In this document: positions 55,701 to 64,000 of the stretch, piece by piece
Numbering within the stretch: the first letter of the stretch is position 1
How the letters are laid out: each line of letters begins with the position of its first letter
Origin: Oopsacas minuta
Taxonomy: Eukaryota; Animalia; Porifera
Assembly: GCA_024704765.1 (NCBI GenBank)
Contig: JAKMXF010000295.1
Location: 434,001 to 498,000 of the forward strand
Direction: 5' to 3'
DNA length: 64,000 nt
The notes under the pieces: generated by a model
The model's database searches: none
The model's input: the letters and a program-made list of their open reading frames with translations, nothing else
What the model was told of the DNA's origin: nothing
Program-made: the position numbers and the translations under genes

Positions 55701-58700
55701 CCAATTTATAGTGTCACTTTGTAAACAAGTTAAATTTATTAACTAAGCTGTTTGCAAAGATTGTATGTAGTTTAGATTATTTCCTCGCTCTGCTCTTATT
55801 AAAAATCTATATAATAATAATTGTACCAATTGAACTTAGAATTTACATGAATGCATATCATGCAGCACTATATGAACCTATCATTTAACAAATACATATT
55901 TACAACTAATGAATAATGCGATTATTATCGATGACATGTGCTATATAATGAAAATTATATATGTGCTTTTACAAAACCACTATAAGTAAAGAAATTTTTC
56001 TGTCGAAATGTGTGAAATGTTTTGTACTTATTTCACACGTTACGAAAGAAAATCCTTTATAAATTTATTGCTAGAGGACAGTTAATTTTTGACAATTGTG
56101 AAATAGGAGCTCTTGGTAGCTGATGGATTAGCAAGGGGGATAAGCACATCCGACGAATATCTGAAATCTATAAATAATCATATTGGACCTTAAATATACC
56201 CAGATTTAACTATTGTGACATGTAAAAAATATGATTAATACAAAATGGCAACCATTTTAATACTGGCCCACTACATAGTAGTTTGCACAGTAAATATTGA
56301 AAATTTTCAAAAGTTCAGAAACAGTTTTTATATTAAATAGATTTATATTAAATAACCCTGCCCACTCTGAATCAAAATTGACATTTCACCAATCCAGGAA
56401 AATGGCCTTTTAACACACTGAAAGTGAATAGTAATACCGGCCGAGATACAATTTTTGTGTATAACTGTATTTTATATACCTTCAAGAATCTAAAATTATA
56501 TCCGTGAATGTCGGCTAGGTCAGTGCTTCTCAAACTTTTGATGTCGCTACCCCAAAGTTTCTCCATTACAATTCCACGGACCCCTGCTTGTTGGTCTTAT
56601 TTTTAGTAATATAATTTTTTTTATTATCGTATTACATCAGTGTTAAGTAGTAAGAGGTATATTGTGATATAATTATAAGATCAATTATACTAATGAGAAC
56701 TGTGTGCTTGCTTCGATTTGACGAGCTTATCTAGCCTCGGTTCGTTTGATGAAAGTGCCACACGTAGTGGAGATCTGACATCCAGAGAATTCCTATACTT
56801 TGTTTTGATAATGCTCATTGTTGAAAACCCCATCTCACAAAGGTAAGTGGATGGAAAGGGTAGAATTATTTTCAGGGCCAACTCACTAAGTTCTGGATAT
56901 TCGGGTCTAACCTTTATCCAGAATTCAGCGAGTGTTATTTCGCTGTAAAAAATATTCTTTAATCCTTGATCCCCTGCCAGGTCTATTGATTTGTCTTCTA
57001 AATGAACATTCAACTCGTCCTTCAATTGCAAAATGGGATTACAGATCCAACCGTTTCCTTCTCTAGGATCTTGTTCTTTCGGGAAGTTAAATTCAAAGCG
57101 CTCAGCTAGTGATTTCAAATGTTCGGTGATAATATTCGCTAGAGAAGTCGCATCAAGTCCACTTTCACAATTAATTATTTCCGATAAATTTGGAAACATG
57201 TAGTAACAATCTCGGGAGACTCGATGTTTCCATGCAGCTAACTTTCTTTTAAAACCGTCAATCTTGTTAGCTGTTGCAAAATTAGTTGTCATCCTACCTT
57301 GCATTGATCTGTTTAGCTCATTAAGCATTGAGAATATATCAGACAGATATGCCAGCTTTGTACTCCAGTTTACATCTCGAAATTTTTCAGCCCATTCACG
57401 TTTTTTATCAAGCAGAAATGTTGTTAGTTCGTTTCGGAGCTCAAAAACTCTTGATAACACTTTTCCTCTGGATAGCCAACGTACTTCAGCATGCAAGAGC
57501 AGTTGTATATGGTCAGCTCCCATCTGATCACACAAGGAAGCGAATAAGCGAGAATTCAGAGCGTTCGCTTTTACATGGTTGACAACTTTGACAACTTGAC
57601 ATAGTACATCGTTGAGTTCCTTTGACATCTTCTTTGTTGCTAAGTTTTCTCGATGAATAAAACAGTGTGTTGACTCGCAATCTGGTGCTACTTCTTTAAT
57701 TTTTGCAACAACTCCAGAATGTCGACCTGTCATTGCAGCAGCACCGTCAGTACGTACACCAACACAAAACTTCCAATCTAATCCTGATTCATCAATGATA
57801 TAGTTATTCAATCCATCAAAAATTTGAGAACTAGTGATATTTGTAGGCAATGATATCGAACATAAATACTCTTCTTTCACATCACCACAATGTTCAAAAC
57901 TAACATATAACAACAAAATCGCTAAATTTGCTACCTCAGTAGATTCATCAAGCTGCAAAGAATACCATTTGGCTGATTTTATTTGTTCGATCAGCTGTTC
58001 TTCCATGTCTCAAGCAAGATCGATCACTCTTCTAGCAACAGTGTCGTTTGACAGTGGAACCCGCGCAGTTATCTTTGCTAAGATTCTCACAACATTTCTC
58101 GGCATACATCACCAATGCAACCAACCAGAAGTTGTCCCCCAATTATGTATGTTTTTTTGCCTTTGTAATACGTAAAGATACCTTGTAAGAAGCTCTTAAT
58201 GCTGAAACATTTGTGTGAGATGAAACATACATTTGTTTCTGGCAGCCTGTTAATTCGTCGCGCTTTCTCTTAAAAAGCTCAACTGGTTTTGAGATCAGAT
58301 CCTTGTGCTTCGTTTGTAAATGTCTACTGAGGTTTGAAGGCTTTAAAGCTTCATTGGAAAAACCTCGCCACATACAACACACTGGGGCTTCTGTAATCCA
58401 TCTTTAAATATAGAAGTAAAACCAAAACGAATGAATGAAATGTCTTAGTTACGGATTTTCGTACAACCTCTTTTGCCCGGTTTGTCGGATTTATCAATTA
58501 ACTCATCTTCATCAGATCCCGAAATCTCTTGAGAATCTGTATAGAGTTTATTACTCTTAGTTAGATAAGTATCCAATTGTCCTCGCTTTCGTTTGGCCAT
58601 AAAATTCTTTTTCAACGATAGCAAATTAATAACTAAGATATTAATAGATATTAGCAAAGGTACGATCTATTTAAACAATATCAATGAAAGCTCTACCTAC

Positions 58701-60924
58701 TCTTAAAACAGGATGATTGTTTGTATTTATCGCTCTATGTTATATGTTTGCAGGGTGACATCATTCTAAATAGCATTCTTGGAAGTGGAATAAGTGTAAT
58801 TTGTTTACAATTCGAGGAAAGCGAAAGGAATTCAGATATTATCGTAGAAGTTGTGTGGAATAACTAAAACTCTAATGAATAAAATTTCGTAAATCACTTT
58901 CCATAGCCATTCCGCAGCCCCTTTGCAACCTCCTCGCGGCCCCCAGTTTGAGTACCACTGGGCTAGGTGACATTCTAGGCCACCCACTTATATGATAGCC
59001 GAATTGAAGATCCCAAAATGTACTTTGAACAACCCTACCACAACACAAAATTGCTTTATTAAACTTTTACCCTACTTTACCCAAACACTTATACAGAAGA
59101 ACCTCCATAAACAAGGGAGGTCTGGAATCTTTGAAGTTACCCATTCTCCAAATTGAATTTAATCTGAAAATATCCTTCAACCAGAGTCTATCGGCTCAAT
59201 TTGTATAGCCACTTCCTCAAACAAATTATATTCAATTTGTATGTTTTCAAGTATCTCCTAAGGCAGAGGTGTTCAAACTTTTCAATTTACGGGTCACTAT
59301 AAAAATTTGGCTCCGCCTCACGAGCCACAATTCATAGATTGCCTCTGAATTAGTTTAATACATTTTCAAGCTATACTATTTGACACCATATTGTATTAAC
59401 AAGGATTCTACTTGTAAATTCAGGTTATTGACTTAAATTATAATCTTTTAAATGAATTCGGATCATTCGATGCCACTTATGAACTCAGCTTGTTTTGTAT
59501 CAAGTAGACAATAGTACTAAACCTAGATTTGGGTTATGCTATGTATTGTTCATGGTAGAATAACACTGCAGAAAATCTACCTAAACTTCGAAATTTAGCT
59601 AATGAGAGTGACGATATTGCTTGGATTTAACTAACAAATCAATATCTGATTCTATATCAGTCGTTAGTAGGACTCGCCATTACAATTTTGGTTCTGCCTC
59701 CTACGTTATACTTGTGAAGCTCAATTAATGCATTCATCTAGGAACATTGATGCATTTGCAGAGTATCTATGATTATTTCTATATGGTGCTTAGAAAACAC
59801 AATTACTATCTGACGATTGAAGCACGTCAATCTATTGTATATATATGAAGAATTAAATCAAGCAAATTATCCGCAGGCCATCGTTGGAGTACCCTTGTCC
59901 TAAGGATATCGGTTGAATATATACAAAGAATTCTTTCTAAGAAACCCATAGATTTCAATTCATCATAGCTATAAATAAGTCTTTTTGAACAAATATGCAC
60001 CAATGTAGATAATTCTACTAGAAAATTTCACGTAGAATTACCCATTTATATGGGTACATTTCAACGTTGGTAGGTAATGTTAATCTAAAGGCATCTCCAT
60101 TCCCCACGACCCACTTATAGATGTTCAATTCATTGGAATTGAACGAAAGTGTACCAAATATGCCGCGAGTATATAGTTTGCATTATTTCGTATTCTTCGA
60201 ATATTACGAGTAATACGGGTTAGTGCGAACTATGTACTCAAATTCTTTATAGCTTCTCGTCCAGGGACAACACCCCTGGATCCTACTAGGGGCTTTCAGC
60301 GTCCTTCAGACCACCAACTGGTTGATTATCCCCCACCAGAAAATTTCTGGATCCAAAATAACACTTATTATATTACACAAGTATTACGTATATCTTGCTT
60401 ACAAAGAAATAGTTATGCTAATCAATCTCCCTCATTTATAAGCTCCGAAGTGATAATATATTACTACAATACGAATTGGCATTTTTGCAATCGGTCACTG
60501 CAAATATGCTATATAATTTTGCTAAGACACCTTCATAGTATCCTCATGTTGGTTTAGCTACACCGTTTTATTCACCTGTCCAAGAGGATATTGGTGATAG
60601 AATAGCAATATCGTTGTTCAGTCGGCCTCAATTCCATCTTCGTATATTTTAATGATTCATCTTTTTTTGTTAGATGCCAGAGGATTATGTGGAGAGACAA
60701 AAAGTCGAGTTAGTCATCTGCAACAAGACACTCTTGTATCCTTGGAAAATTATATAGTTGAACATTATGCAACTCAGGTTAGTCGTTTGGGAAGGATCCT
60801 TCTTCGGCTACCCGCTCTAAGAGATATCACTACTGAAGTTCATTCTTATTTGATGAAACAAAATTCTTCAGGGCAATCCAAAATTGATCCTTTTCTATTA
60901 GATATGGCAAACCAAACTGTTTGA
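13413..60924 (+). CDS. Nuclear hormone receptor, NR2-like (RXR/HNF4-like), 5 coding exons, 526 aa
   Basis: Hand-spliced join 13413-13743, 28614-28910, 34774-35231, 40447-40690, 60674-60924 = 1581 nt with an open frame. Junction codons are G|AC, G|CC, AGA|ATG and G|AT, all [34 protein letters not shown]-box EAVQEER, LBD motifs [22 protein letters not shown]. Subfamily not resolvable by eye, so no symbol given. Confidence 0.95.
13792..14246. mobile_element. hAT-like MITE with dense CGATC subterminal repeats
   Basis: caaggcatta..taatgccctt termini, 8-bp flanks matching 6/8. Begins 48 nt after the exon 1 donor. Confidence 0.65.
14255..15000 (+). mobile_element. Helitron-like element copy B
   Basis: Homologous blocks to 7580-7860 and 10482-10640. 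3' hairpin not seen. Confidence 0.45.
15249..17334 (-). mobile_element. MULE (Mutator-like) transposon, degenerate, with a C-terminal RING
   Basis: GGG..CCC termini with ttctgacaaa repeats, TSD GTTATATG exact. ORFs 16571-16804, 16172-16480, 15909-16226 carry [24 protein letters not shown] (MULE). RING remnant at 15424-15584. Confidence 0.9.
17804..18599. mobile_element. MULE-derived MITE with a tandem 31-bp subterminal array
   Basis: ggggcgcctgcatttgtcagaa..tgactaatgcagcgtcccc. About six 31-bp units at 18370-18560. TSD degenerate (6/8). Confidence 0.8.
18718..18876. repeat. Near-perfect 159-nt palindrome
   Basis: About 75-nt arms, 10-nt loop, 3 substitutions plus 1 indel. Confidence 0.95.
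19392..19580. repeat. Palindromic MITE-like element with a perfect 16-bp inner hairpin (19446-19480)
   Basis: aataatttgacaaaat-gta-attttgtcaaattatt, plus imperfect outer arms. Confidence 0.65.
19960..20418 (+). mobile_element. Helitron-like element copy C (3' part)
   Basis: Ends ctagcgtgcgaagcgcgctag|T (hairpin plus CTAG). Homologous to 10482-10690. Confidence 0.55.
20420..22560 (+). mobile_element. Degenerate non-LTR retrotransposon (CR1/L2-like EN-RT), interrupted by a hAT element
   Basis: Remnants [44 protein letters not shown] across several frames. Confidence 0.75.
21299..21810 (+). mobile_element. hAT deletion derivative (512 bp) retaining only the hATC dimerisation-domain ORF
   Basis: TIR cagaactgcaaatgggtca / tgacccatttgcagctctg, exact TSD CACTGATA. 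ORF 21404-21670: [31 protein letters not shown]. Confidence 0.93.
22620..23592 (+). mobile_element. maT DD37D element, 5'-truncated
   Basis: ORF 22652-23431: FSDEK, QQDGAP-37-D ([12 protein letters not shown]). Right TIR remnant near 23580. Confidence 0.9.
24604..25064. mobile_element. Transib/RAG-like-family MITE
   Basis: CACAGTG at both inverted termini, TIRs match 19/27, exact 5-bp TSD GGTTG (24599-24603, 25065-25069). Confidence 0.88.
25826..26327. mobile_element. MULE-type MITE with tagtccaaat repeats
   Basis: GGGG..CCCC termini, long repetitive TIRs, TSD (t/a)gtcttaat. Confidence 0.85.
26400..27226 (-). pseudogene. THAP-domain / P-element-like transposase remnant (N-terminus)
   Basis: From ATG 27226: [20 protein letters not shown].., later GCPVYYS, the pattern of a THAP zinc finger. 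Many stops. Confidence 0.5.
28614..28910 (+). CDS. NR coding exon 2 (complete C4 zinc-finger DBD)
   Basis: Acceptor ttttatcctatag|AC. Eight canonical zinc-ligand Cys plus the conserved Cys and Met. Donor GAA G|gtaggt. Confidence 0.97.
29549..30873 (+). mobile_element. Tc1 (DD34E) element, defective
   Basis: TA-flanked 27-bp TIR cagtctga(a/c)acgaaattatttacaatt. QEDN-34-E ([16 protein letters not shown]). Confidence 0.93.
31680..31871. mobile_element. MULE-type MITE
   Basis: GGG..CCC termini, exact 9-bp TSD CGTTTAGTG, ttctaact repeats. Confidence 0.9.
32151..32305. mobile_element. TA-flanked MITE (another copy at about 27371-27550)
   Basis: Perfect TIR caacctgtgccgacagcttag flanked by TA. 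Confidence 0.8.
34774..35231 (+). CDS. NR coding exon 3 (T-box, hinge, LBD helices 1-4)
   Basis: Acceptor ttttttag|CC completes KEAVQEER. Ends [18 protein letters not shown]|gtaagt, phase 0. Confidence 0.95.
36150..36700 (-). pseudogene. Decayed transposase-like fragment (HWDGK-type motif family)
   Basis: Reads [27 protein letters not shown], resembling a common invertebrate TE ORF motif. Recalled pattern only. Confidence 0.3.
38300..38900 (-). pseudogene. Fragment of a large transposon-associated ORF (GDLIAxEAKYH-type motif)
   Basis: ORF 38605-38856: [36 protein letters not shown]. Downstream NRT*FKEKVL..PQAQEQ. Confidence 0.35.
40447..40690 (+). CDS. NR coding exon 4 (LBD helices 4-8)
   Basis: Acceptor atttag|[35 protein letters not shown]. 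Donor G|gttggt, phase 1. Confidence 0.95.
42456..42636. mobile_element. pogo/Tigger-type MITE
   Basis: TA|cagcgagacatcttaatacgaa..ttcgtattaaagaggttccactg|TA. Confidence 0.75.
47160..48200 (-). pseudogene. P-element/THAP9-like transposase remnant (catalytic region)
   Basis: HGISAPC..LILPHE.., [48 protein letters not shown]. Heavily frameshifted. Confidence 0.5.
48999..49419. mobile_element. piggyBac-like MITE
   Basis: TTAA|cacttcggccgtagtcg..cgacacgaccgaagtg. Right TTAA not preserved. Confidence 0.5.
50802..51745 (+). mobile_element. Highly degenerate mariner
   Basis: MASKHIL.., [26 protein letters not shown] across several frames. Confidence 0.8.
52466..53648 (+). mobile_element. maT/Tc1-type element, defective, internally deleted
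   Basis: TA-flanked TIR cagggtgcgttttcagtcctgtcccata / tatgggacaggacgtaaaacgcaccttg. [17 protein letters not shown]. Confidence 0.9.
53769..53880. mobile_element. Solo left end of a Buster-type hAT element
   Basis: cagtggtcctcaaac preceded by cattagag (central TA). No partner end found. Confidence 0.55.
53982..55268 (+). mobile_element. Transib/RAG1-core-like transposase relic with a 3' heptamer terminus
   Basis: In order: [77 protein letters not shown]. Terminal CACTGTG at 55262-55268. Confidence 0.8.
56521..58960 (-). mobile_element. Full-length Buster-type hAT transposon, transposase disrupted at the 5' end
   Basis: TIR cagtgcttctcaaac / gtttgagtaccactg, exact TSD GGCTAGGT (NNNTANNN). 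ORF 56690-58006 ([39 protein letters not shown]). Upstream pieces 58143-58382 and 58445-58657. Confidence 0.96.
59264..59897. mobile_element. Buster-type hAT MITE
   Basis: cagaggtgttcaaac..ttggagtacccttg, exact TSD TCCTAAGG. Confidence 0.88.
60674..60924 (+). CDS. NR coding exon 5 (LBD helices 9-12, stop)
   Basis: Acceptor ctttttttgttag|AT completes [38 protein letters not shown] at 60922-60924. Confidence 0.95.
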
Positions 60925-60950
60925 AGTGAAATTTCCGTTCAATTCATTCT

Positions 60951-60956
60951 AATAAA
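60951..60956 (+). terminator. Candidate polyadenylation signal AATAAA
   Basis: Hexamer 27 nt after the stop codon, followed by (TA)-rich and U-rich sequence. Hexamers are common in AT-rich DNA. Confidence 0.3.
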
Positions 60957-61636
60957 TATGCTTGTTTGAAGAAAATCAATTTACAGCCTTTCCTTTCAGC
61001 CATGATACCATACATATATGTGTGTATATATATATATTAATGTATATGTCGAGGTATGCACTTAAATATATATATATTTATACATCATCTATATGTATAT
61101 GTATTTGTAAAAAAGATATAGATATATATTTACAGATATTATACCCTGCTATTTTCTAAAATTGTTCTGCAATGAATTCGTGTTTTTTTATGAAATCGGG
61201 TAAAAGTACTCACTACACCACTTCAACATTGTTCAAGTAATTCATCTAGTAAATCTGTACATGTTTTCTTTTCATTTTATATTTTATAACTTTTGTAGAA
61301 TTTATATACATATTTTGCTAGTAGCTAATATGTAAATAATTTGATTTCATGTTTGTATTTCTGTACATTTCATTGTTGTTATTTATTTATCAATTTTTAT
61401 TTTCTAATTATGGGTCTAATATTTGTCAGGTGGCAGAGGAAAGTTCGTAAACATACTATGTAATTTTGGAATACCTTATTCTATGGATAATATTGATGTA
61501 CCCCGTTAAATCGCAGCTTAAGGGACCGCGATAAGTCTTCAGTCTTCAATATCAGCGGAGCTCGATATAACGGATGACTTTTATGTTGCTTTGGCCATTG
61601 GGACCATATTCGAATAATTTCAGAAATATTTGTATA

Positions 61637-62937
61637 TAAGGTTAGGCATAAGTTTTGCAACAAGTATAAATTAGTATATTTCTTATCTCACCATAATCGT
61701 AGTTGAAATTCGTAATGAATTAGTAAATATGCATACTAAGGATACGAAATAAATCTAGCTCTTCGAATGTAATGCCTTCTGCTGTGATATTTAGGCTCAA
61801 TCGCTTGAAGAAATCATCATCAGCAGCACGCAACACGTCCTCACTGATTAAATCTCCTTCTCTTCTCAAGGAAAACTTCAGACTTTCGACATTCTTGTGT
61901 GGCTTTGCACATACCCTGGACTCTAAGATGGACCATATACAGAAATTCATAGGATTTAGATCTGGAGAGGAGGCCAGCCATTCTTCAGTTGATATAAATT
62001 CCGGTACATTGAGTTTCAACGACTCAGATGTCATTTTGGCTTTGTGGGAGGGAGCGGAATCTTGCTGGAACACCCAATGCGCGCCATTGAAGTGCTCACC
62101 AGCCCAAGGCTTCAATGTGTTCTCTAAAATGCTCTCTACATACACCTCTTTGTTAATTTTCACCCCTTTGTCAATGAACACCAGAGGTGTCCGACCATCA
62201 GAAGTAATAGCTCCCCAAACCATGACCGATGCAGGTTTCTGAGTTCTTTCGATTGTGCGTATTGATGACGATATAGACTTTTGATCAGGAGCAAGAATTC
62301 GACTGTTTTGGTGATTATATTACCATTTCTACGGTCAAAATCTTCTCATCGGAGAAGACAATACTCTGGTGCGTGCCACCAGTGAACCTTTTCTCCGAAT
62401 CAGACATTTTTCATACCTACGCCTCTTATTCACCTCAGAAAGTTACTGTACCTCTCGAAATTTGTAGCATTTCAAGCCTAAATTCTCTTTTACTATCCTC
62501 CCCATACTTCTGGTTGAAATATTGAAGTCTTTTGCCATGCTTTGGATGCTTCTGACAGGATTCTTCCTGACCCTCTCCCGGATGAGCTTCCTAACAGCGG
62601 GAGTACAAATAGAACGAGGTCTACCTTTTCTGAGCCTGACCTGGGTACTGCCAGTCTCCTTGTAACGTTTGGTCGTATGATGGACTAACAATCTGTTTAT
62701 GGACAGTATTTTGATATTATGGAAGCTGACTTGCCTCCATTATGATACAAGATTAGTAATGACCGTTTTGTTTCTTTGTCTATAAATCAACAAAATTTTT
62801 CTAGTAGGACTCATTACTCTAAATATTGTTGAAAATGATATTGAAGATAATATATGATAAAAAAATATTCACCTAAAACAATTCGCAGAACCTCTAGCTT
62901 AATTTAAATTGTGTTGAAGAACTCACGCCTGACCCTG
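61637..62937 (-). mobile_element. maT element, same family as 8665-9966
   Basis: High identity to 8665-9966 in reverse orientation, TA-flanked TIRs. ORFs 62443-62691 and 61720-62223. Confidence 0.95.
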
Positions 62938-63049
62938 TAATTTGAATATATCCCTGTATATGTATTGTTATTTAATATCTTTATTGTACTTCTTGCAGTT
63001 TCAGAAATTTGAATTATAATAACGCAAAAAATCTGAATATTCACAAGTA

Positions 63050-64000
63050 CCAGGTTGTCCAAAAAGTTCGCGGAATTGCAAATATATTTTATTTATCAAT
63101 GATCATACTCAACTAATCATTGTTCATAGTTTTCAATAAATTCGCCCTAACCTCGATACATTTCTTCCATTTGATGGTAGTTTATTTATTCCTGTGGTGA
63201 ATTTTTCAGGGATACCTTGAATCCATGAATTTACAGCGGACCTAAGGTGCTCAAAATCGCTGAAACGTTTACCTCTAAGTGGTCTTTTCATTTCTGAAAA
63301 AAGCCAGTAGTCTCTAGGCGCTAGATCTGGGCTGTATGGGGGATGTGGGAGTAATTCGAACCCTAAATGTTGAATTTCATCCAAAGTTCGCCTGCTGGTA
63401 TGGGCTGGAGCATTATCATGCTGAAGCAAAACATGAGAACTCAACTTGCCACGCCTCTTAAACTTGATAGCTTCGCGCAATTTCTTCAGAACTTGAACAT
63501 AGTATTCAGTATTTATTGCTACTTTGTTAGGTAACCAATCAATTATGATTATTCCCTTTGTGTCCCAAAAAACTGTTGCCATCCGTTTACCTGCTGATGC
63601 AACGGCTCTGGGTCTAATAGGAGTTGCTTCATGCCTACGCTTCCATTGACTCATCTGTAAACATGTCTTAGGCTCATAAAAATGTAACCAGGTCTCGTCC
63701 CCTGTGACTAAACGATCAAAGAACCTTGGCTCCTTAGAAATCCGTAAGAGCTGGCGACAAACACGGACCCTTTCAATCCTTTGAGATTCAGATAACAATT
63801 TGGGGACCCAACGAGAAAGAACTCTCGACATTCCCAATTGTTCAGTTAGAATCTTATCAAGTATTGATTTTGACATCCCCAATTCTTCCTCTAACTGCCG
63901 CAGAGTCACACGTCTATCTTTATCAAGAATGTTTGATATAATTTTGATATTTTCTTGGTTGGAACATGTTTTTCGGACGACCAGGTCTTGGGTTATCATC
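63050..64000 (-). mobile_element. Mariner (DD34D), runs off the window end
   Basis: ORF 63133-63999: WVPKLL, TGDETW, QHDNAPAH-34-D. TIR TA|ccaggttgtccaaaaagttcgcggaa. Frameshift only near the C-terminus. Confidence 0.95.

Noticed and set aside
61020-61135. (TA)-rich tract as a functional ncRNA
   Set aside because: Low-complexity microsatellite-like 3' flank.

Overview
AT-rich animal (metazoan) genomic DNA, with no prokaryotic features. The only host gene is a 5-exon nuclear receptor on the + strand (CDS join 13413-13743, 28614-28910, 34774-35231, 40447-40690, 60674-60924; 1581 nt, 526 aa). All four introns are GT-AG with matching phases. It has a two-zinc-finger DBD, an RXR-type T-box and an LBD mixing RXR and HNF4 signatures, as expected of a basal NR2-like receptor. 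A sponge or other early-branching animal is a plausible source, but this cannot be proven from the window. Its introns (14.9, 5.9, 5.2 and 20 kb) and flanks are mostly decayed DNA transposons: mariner DD34D, maT DD37D, Tc1 DD34E, hAT/Buster, MULE, Chapaev3-like, THAP/P-like, Transib/RAG1-like, Helitron-like, a LINE remnant and many MITEs. Highlights: (1) a RAG1-core-like transposase relic ending in a CACAGTG heptamer, plus a separate heptamer-terminated MITE with a perfect 5-bp TSD; (2) a hAT mini-element placing a dense cluster of RGGTCA half-sites (DR1/DR4/IR0) inside the receptor's own intron; (3) a 10-unit (S/T)Pxx ladder in the receptor hinge; (4) a MULE transposase with a C-terminal RING finger; (5) a reconstructable 750-bp inversion that swapped the ends of two mariners. 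All of this was read by eye and no database searches were run.
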